In this document: positions 57,613 through 64,000 of the stretch, in pieces
Layout: each line of letters starts with the position of its first letter
How positions within the stretch are numbered: position 1 is the first letter of the stretch
From: Planctomycetota bacterium
GTDB taxonomy: Bacteria > Planctomycetota > UBA1135
DNA length: 64,000 nucleotides
Assembly: GCA_045047305.1 (NCBI GenBank)
Contig: JASFYO010000036.1
Span: 44,158-108,157 of the forward strand
Reading direction: 5' to 3'
Position numbers and translations under genes: made by a program
Notes under the pieces: model-generated
Database searches by the model: none
What the model saw: only the letters and a program-made list of their open reading frames with translations
Told to the model about the DNA's origin: nothing

Positions 57613-58848
57613 CTATGCCGGAGGAAACAAGTGTCCCATCTTGTCGCGCTTGGTGCGCAGATAGTTCTCATTGTGCTCCTGAGGCTCTATCTGTATCGGC
57701 ACCTGCTCTACGATTTCGAGCCCATATCCCTTCAAACCAGCCAATTTCTTGGGATTATTGGTGAGAAGGCGCATTTTCCGCACTCCAAGGTCGTTGAGAA
57801 TTTGAGCACCCATGCCGTAATCCCGCATGTCGGCTGGATAGCCAAGCTTTTCGTTGGCCTCAACCGTGTCGAGTCCACCTTCCTGCAACTGATAGGCACG
57901 CAGTTTGTTTTCCAAACCGATTCCTCGCCCTTCTTGGCGCACGTAAAGCAAAACTCCCTTCCCTGCAGCGGAAATCGCGCGCAAAGCCGAGTGCAGCTGA
58001 GGACCGCAATCGCAACGCAAGCTGCCAAGTAAATCGCCGGTGAGACATTCTGAGTGGACGCGGACCATGATGTCGTCAGCGAGGCGCTCAAACGCGGAGC
58101 CGTCGGCTGGAGGGGCATCCCAGCCATAGGTAAGTGCGAAATGCTCCTTATCGTCGGTGAGCGATTTGTAGAGGTGCATTTTGAAATCGCCAAAAGCGGT
58201 AGGCAGGTTCACGTTGGAAACCCGACGCTCGACTAAAACCTCTCTACGGCGGCGATATTCAATCAAATCCTCAATCGTGAGAATCGGCATAGCGTGCTTC
58301 TTCGAGAAGACTTCCAGCTCTGGCATCCGTGCCATGGTGCCGTCTTCATTCATGATTTCGCAAATCACACCAGCAGGTGTGCACCCAGCCATACGTGAGA
58401 TGTCGACCGAGCCTTCGGTTTGCCCTGGACGCATCAAAACACCGCCATCGCGGGCGCGGAGAGGGAAAATATGGCCTGGTCGAGCCAGATCTGCCGGCTT
58501 GGCCCCATCGGCAACCGCAGCCAAAATCGTAGTGGCGCGGTCTGCTGCGGAAATCCCCGTAGTGACTCCTACCCGCGCCTCAATCGACTCCAGGAAAGCA
58601 GTACCCATGCTGGAAGTGTTGTCCGCAACCTGAGGACGCAGGTCCATGCGATCACAAATTGCACCTTCCAGAGCGAGGCAAATCAAGCCTCCCCCCTCCT
58701 TGCGCATGAAATTAATCGCATCTGCGGTAATGGCCTCAGCGGCCATCACCAAATCACCTTCGTTCTCACGCCGTGGATCATCTACCAGGATGATCATTCG
58801 ACCTGCCGAAATCGCTTCTAGAGCCTGTTCAACGCTTGCGTATGCCAT
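57613..58848 (-). CDS. ribBA: Bifunctional DHBP synthase / GTP cyclohydrolase II
   Basis: [60 protein letters not shown] at 58848 with a GGAGG RBS. Confidence 0.96.
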   Translation of the reverse strand: MAYASVEQALEAISAGRMIILVDDPRRENEGDLVMAAEAITADAINFMRKEGGGLICLALEGAICDRMDLRPQVADNTSSMGTAFLESIEARVGVTTGISAADRATTILAAVADGAKPADLARPGHIFPLRARDGGVLMRPGQTEGSVDISRMAGCTPAGVICEIMNEDGTMARMPELEVFSKKHAMPILTIEDLIEYRRRREVLVERRVSNVNLPTAFGDFKMHLYKSLTDDKEHFALTYGWDAPPADGSAFERLADDIMVRVHSECLTGDLLGSLRCDCGPQLHSALRAISAAGKGVLLYVRQEGRGIGLENKLRAYQLQEGGLDTVEANEKLGYPADMRDYGMGAQILNDLGVRKMRLLTNNPKKLAGLKGYGLEIVEQVPIQIEPQEHNENYLRTKRDKMGHLFPPA

Positions 58849-58943
58849 GATTGGACCTCCGAACCGGCCATTGTACCGACTCGCCCTCTCGGCCGGGAAC
58901 AGGGGAAACTCAATAGGAAAGCGGATATTGCCGATGAAAATAT

Positions 58944-60035
58944 GTGCAACCGTTCCGCAACCCGTCCTTCCTTGTTCTCGCCGCCGTCGTAGTCGGAGGT
59001 GCCCTTGTTGGCCTACCTCGTGTGACCAGCTTCTCGGAAAATGTTGAAGCTCAGAACGAACAGATTCTACACCTGGAACTGGAAGTGGAACAACTTGCCA
59101 ACATGCAACTGGAACTGCAGGGGGGGATTGTGGGCTACCGTAGCGCTCTAGAGGAACAAGGTGCTCTGATTCTGCGTCAAGCAAACCGCTTAGAGAAGCA
59201 AGGGGCGCAATTGGCCGACGGCTTCGTACGTATCGACGGACTCCGCGATTCAGTGCAAGCACAAGCCGTTCTCGCAGCTGCCGTCAAACCAGTGATGACC
59301 CCCAGCATGCGCCGCAAATCTCTACGCGAAGACATCTTGCGCCCAGTTTTTCAGGTGAGCGGAGCTGATGCCGTAGGAAGTGCGGTTTTGGTTTACCACG
59401 GAGAAGATCTACAAGGCCACTTCTACCTTGCCTTAAGTGCCTACCACGTTTTGCGCGACATCGTCACCGCAGAGGAAGGAGTCGACCCGCACCAAGTAGT
59501 CTTCGACAACATTTTTGATCAAATGGAAGACGGCCCGGTGGTGGTGCAAGGCATCATGTTGGCTGAGAAAATCGACTCCGATCTCGCCCTTTTGCGTATC
59601 AACACCGACCTCGACCTCGGCCCCGTCGCCCGTCTCGCACCTCTAGAGCGACGCTCCGCAATCGACGCCTTTTCCTCAGTCTACACCGTTGGTTGCCCAC
59701 TAGGCACCAATGCACAAGCCACCCATGGGGAGATCACGCGCGATGATTGGAAAGTCGACAACCAACCTTATTGGATGGTTTCTTCACCGGCCTACTTCGG
59801 GAATTCCGGTGGTGGTGTTTTCCTCGAGGAGACGCATGAACTCATCGGCATCTTTTCCAAGATCTACACTCACGGCAACTATCGTCCACAAGTCATTACC
59901 CACATGGGGCTTGCTGTCCCACTTGAAACCATCCACGAGTGGTTAGAAGGGATTGGGTACAGCCATTTGCTCACCCAACATGGGGTGGCGGTGGCAACCG
60001 CAGAAGAAGCCAGTAGTTCGAGCCACCAAGAGTGA
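58944..60035 (+). CDS. Membrane-anchored trypsin-like serine protease with a coiled-coil stalk
   Basis: TM and heptad-rich region; catalytic triad motifs SAYHV, DLALL, GNSGGG. Confidence 0.8.
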   Translation: MQPFRNPSFLVLAAVVVGGALVGLPRVTSFSENVEAQNEQILHLELEVEQLANMQLELQGGIVGYRSALEEQGALILRQANRLEKQGAQLADGFVRIDGLRDSVQAQAVLAAAVKPVMTPSMRRKSLREDILRPVFQVSGADAVGSAVLVYHGEDLQGHFYLALSAYHVLRDIVTAEEGVDPHQVVFDNIFDQMEDGPVVVQGIMLAEKIDSDLALLRINTDLDLGPVARLAPLERRSAIDAFSSVYTVGCPLGTNAQATHGEITRDDWKVDNQPYWMVSSPAYFGNSGGGVFLEETHELIGIFSKIYTHGNYRPQVITHMGLAVPLETIHEWLEGIGYSHLLTQHGVAVATAEEASSSSHQE

Positions 60036-60083
60036 TTTTCAGATTCTAGGCGCACCCCAGAGGTGTCGGTAGACTAGAGGCTA

Positions 60084-62760
60084 GTGGGCATCATGCTGAA
60101 GACACCTCTCATCTACACACTCCTTGCCGTTGGCGCTTTTTCGGCTGCGGCACTCCCGTCCCCTGCCGCTTATTCCAATTTCGTACCTGCAGTGGGGCCT
60201 GCAATCCCCTCTGGCGAAAGCGCTAGTGAAGACGCCTTTGACAAGGCCAGGGAGTTACTCGCTGCCGGCAAACTGGAAGATGCCGAAGCGGCAACCGCGC
60301 GCGCATTGTCACGCGACACCTACAACACAAGTGGTTACTTGCTCATGTTCGACATCGCGCGAGCCCAACCGGAACCGGATGTTGAGGCCATGCTGCGCTG
60401 GGGCAAGTGGCTGACATGGTCTTATGCTGCAAGTGGTGACAAGGCTGGTCTGGAAGTAATTTCTGCCAAACTGAATGAGCTTTACGACGGCTGGAATGCG
60501 GACACCGAAACCCTGGAGACCTGGAGCGCCGATGTCGCGAAAGCAGTCAAAGGAGCTAGCGGCAAAAAACAATACCGCCTAGCTGGACACCTGCTCGACA
60601 AATTGATGGAACTGGAACCACAGGATAAAAAGCTCCAGAAAACCTATGACAAGCTAGCCGACAAAGCTGGTGCGGAGCTTTCTGGTGGTGCCTTTGTCTC
60701 CGACAAGGTGAAACGCAAAAGTGCAAAGTGGCTGGCAAAAAACAATGCCAAGCACTCCGAGTGGGAAAACCGTTGGGAGAAAAAAACCAAGCACTACAAC
60801 ATCGAAACCACGATGGATTATGAGTTCTTCGAAACTGTCTCCGCTGTCATGGACGAGATGAACGCGTTTTATCGTGATGTCTACGGCTATAAGAAAAAGA
60901 CCCCACGGGTGCGCCTTGCCATCCACAATAAGCGTTCCGACTTCGACCGCTTAACCCAAGAGATTACGGGTAACCCGATTCAAAGCGAAGGTGTTGGCGG
61001 TTTCTGGCTGGTGAGCGCCAAAACAGTGAACGCATATGACCGTTCCATGGGAGATCCTAATAAAACTCGTGCCGACCTTTGGGGGACCTTGTTTCATGAA
61101 GCAAGCCACCAGTTCATGTCTTTAATCATGGATAAGAGTGAGAAGCGCAACTACCCGATTCCAGCCTGGTTGAATGAAGGCTCTGCTTCCTACTTCGAAG
61201 GGTGTGTCATCAAGGCCGACGGCACCATCCTTAAGAACAATGTTGCGGAAAGTCGTTTACGCAGCTGGTATTACCTTGAGAACTCAAACGAGCGCAAGTC
61301 GTTAGAGCAACTGGTCGCACATGAACGTAACGCCGGACCAGACCTAAAACGGCATACGCGTAGCTACGAAGGCGAGTATTACCCATACGGATGGGCATTC
61401 GTTTACTTCCTGTTGAACTACGAGGAAGGAGATTTGCGTGTTTATGGCCCAGCCATTTCACCGGGCGATGGCATTCCTGCTGAGTATAAAAAAGTACGCC
61501 CAGCCGGACGCTTGGTTTACCGTCAAGCCTATCTGGACTACCTGGCATTCTTCGCTAAGGAAGGCAACAAGAAATCGGATCAGTACTATCCTTTTGAAAT
61601 GGCGAAGAAGTTCTTCATTGAAGACATCGGCGACCCCGACGTACCAAACTGGGAAGCCTTTGAAAACCGCTGGCGGCGCTTCACTAACAGCCTTTACGGC
61701 GAGATGCTGGCTGGCCCGGAGTTCGCCGATGTCCTGCAAGCACGTTGCCGCGGTTACCTTTTAGTCGATGACTACGAACGCGCACGCACCACCGCGGAAC
61801 AAGCAGACCTAAAGCGACCTCACGATGCTGACACTTATCGCCTGCTTGCTCTAGCCAACAAAGGTGAAGGCCTCGACGGCGATGCAATGTACTGGATGGT
61901 ACGTCACTGGGAAGAAGTTTGGCCTGCAGGTGACACCATCGCAACTAAAGAAGCTGAAGATTGGATTCATTCCAATGGTGGCAAGCACATTCTGCAAAAC
62001 TACATCGAGCCATCCAAAGCTGCGTTGAAGGCTACCGAAGCCAATATGGAAACTGCCTTAGGTGATGGACACCCCATCATGGCAACCTTGTTTGGCACCC
62101 ACACCATGCAAGCCTTCCAACTCCAATTTCCGAAACTCATTGAACAGACCAAAGAGATGACGGACATTTCCGGCCAAGACTTGCGTGTTTGGCAAGCCGC
62201 TTACAACAACAACAGCGATGCGAATCGTCGTGCAACCAATGACAATGGTTCGGTTGTCGATGTGGTGCTTTACGAAGATGATGGAGTGCTGATTTTCAAT
62301 CCAGAAGGTTGGGCCGCTCCAGGAATGGAGTTCTCAACTGTCAGTACGCTGAAGTATCTCTCACCTCCGTACTCGATGCGCGGCACCATTCAGCTGGATG
62401 GAAATGCAGCAGCAATCCCTCTTGGCATTGACAACTCGGGCTCACCACAGTCCTACCTCATCTTTGCGAAGTACAGCGACAGTGAAGATTCCATTCTTTT
62501 GAAAACGGCTTCCTTTGGCATGGGCGGACAAGGCAATGCCAGCCTCAACTTGGTCACGGTAGGTGGATTCCGCTGGGATCGGGTCGATGACATCAACTTC
62601 CTTCTAGAAGTGGACGCCGAAGGAAAGGGCAAAATCGTCATCAATGGTGAAGAAGATGAATTGCCTGATGCTTTCACCAAGAGTCGCATGACCGGTGGTT
62701 TTGCTTTGACCACGGGCGATGGAACGGCTGCGTTGTTTAGCAATATCGAGGTGCGCCCAC
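60084..62760 (+). CDS. Large exported DUF1570/gluzincin-like metallopeptidase with TPR-like and C-terminal beta-sandwich regions; the true 3' end is lost at a junction
   Basis: Signal peptide; LFHEASHQF...PAWLNEGSASYFE; ends in GGFAL...LFSNIEVRP. The ORF continues to 63077 only as antisense of pepA. Confidence 0.7.
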
Positions 62761-64000
62761 GGAATGCCTTCGGGTACGAATTCCTGAAGGAAGGCGGCGG
62801 CGGTGGCCGTGCCAGCTCCGCCGGACTTACCGAGGTTGGAGAGGTCGGCAAAGTCGGATTTCATCTCGTCGGAATATTCTTTAAAGAGTGGGAGCTGCCA
62901 GAGGCGTTCGCCCGCGGTTGCGCCGGAGGAAATGAGGTTGGCGATCAGTTTGTCGTCGTTGCCGAGTACGGCGGCGGCGGACGATCCGAGTGCGACAATC
63001 ACGGCTCCGGTGAGCGTGGCAACATCAACGATGGCGGCGGGTTTAAGGTCGGCGGCGAGGCCAAGGGCATCGGCTAATACCAAGCGGCCTTCAGCGTCGG
63101 TGTTGAGGACTTCAATGGTTTTCCCTTTGTAGGCTGTGATGATGTCGCCGGGACGGGTGGCTTTGGAGCCGGGCATGTTTTCGGCCGCGCCGAGGATTCC
63201 AACGACGGGGGTCTTGAGGTTCATGCGGGCGATCATCTGCATGGCGGTGAGCACAGCCATGCCTCCGCATTTGTCGTAGCGCATCCAACCCATGCCTTTG
63301 CCGGGTTTGAGTGAGATGCCGCCGGAGTCGAAGGTGACGGTTTTCCCGACGAGTACGATCGGCTTGGCCTTCTTGTCGGTTCCGGCGTGTTTAAGGATAA
63401 TCATTTTGGCATCCTGCGCACTGCCTTCGGCGACGGAGAGAATGGCACCACAGCCTTTCTTCGTGAGTTCGGCCTTGCCGAGAACCTGACAGGAGAGTCC
63501 GTTTTCCTTGGCCATCTTTTTTGCCCAGCTGGCGATTTTTGCGGGCGGTGCGGCATTGCCCGGCAGGTTGGCGAGGTCGGCGGTGGAGAGCAGGGATGCC
63601 CCTTGCGCTTCGGCGGTTTTAATGGCGGAGCGATCCTTTACCTCACCCGCGAATGTGAGAGTGGGGGTACTCTTCTTTTTGTGATCCGATTTAAAGGTGG
63701 AGAAGGAGTAGGCTCCCCAGCAGGCACCGCGCCCGGCGAGCAGTTGGTAGTCGGCTTCGGAAACTCCCTTGAGCTTGATGCCAGAGGCCACGGCGAATGA
63801 TTTGATGCCCGCACCGCAACCGGTACGCACTGCTGCGCCGGCGGCTTGTTCGAGATGTCCGTTGTGGAAGTCCTTGGCTTCGCCGAGTCCAGCCACGATG
63901 AGCTGTTTTCCCTTCATTGGGAAAATGGCGACCTGTCCGGCCTGCCCTTTGAAGGCGGAGGTTTTAAGGTATTCGCCGATCTGTTTTTTGAGTGCGGCAT
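62740..64000 (-). CDS. pepA: Leucyl aminopeptidase (M17), cut by the window at the 5' end and truncated at the 3' end
   Basis: VGKTVTFDSGGISLKP, MRYDKCGG, ENMPG, NTDAEGRLVLAD, ATLTGA, WAHLDIA. Similarity stops immediately after HLDIA. Confidence 0.9.

Noticed and set aside
58849..58943. FMN riboswitch upstream of ribBA
   Set aside because: The 95-bp divergent intergenic region is too short and lacks the conserved RFN motifs.
58849..59262. Long N-terminal extensions in the ORF track for ribBA, and likewise purB, ispD, hydantoinase B and DUF547
   Set aside because: They overlap neighbouring genes; conserved sequence begins at downstream starts supported by an RBS or stop/start coupling.
62761..63077. 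Gly-rich C-terminal tail of the 997-aa ORF, and the last ~45 aa of the pepA ORF (62604-62739)
   Set aside because: Each is the antisense read-through of the other gene across the junction, not a real domain.

Overview
Gene-dense bacterial chromosomal window. Its gene content (eukaryote-type GlyRS and PurB, sulfatase, several membrane-anchored carboxypeptidase-regulatory-like proteins, DUF1570-like proteins) suggests an uncultured Planctomycetota/PVC organism, but that is inference. Housekeeping genes include glyQS, ptsI, gpsA, plsY, purB, nadC, ruvC, ispD, ispF, ribBA, tRNA-Gly(GCC) and a partial pepA. Main points of interest: (1) a complete arsenosugar-type cluster at 47.2-53.8 kb (ArsM-like methyltransferase, ArsS radical SAM, two glycosyltransferases, DUF547, TVP38/DedA, flavin disulfide reductase); (2) a protein made of four tandem Myb/SANT-like repeats; (3) a 20-Cys, Met-rich lipoprotein; (4) an AT-richer islet with a secreted GGX-repeat protein beside a frameshifted gene; (5) a DEDDh exonuclease-WYL fusion followed by a catalytically degenerate NYN protein, plus other probable pseudoenzymes; (6) a recurring -10 box 5-6 nt before start codons, suggesting leaderless transcripts; (7) an abrupt junction at about 62,740-62,760 where a large + strand gene runs into a truncated pepA, probably an assembly chimera. 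No CRISPR array, rRNA, integrase or transposase was seen. All family assignments come from motif recognition by eye; no searches were run.
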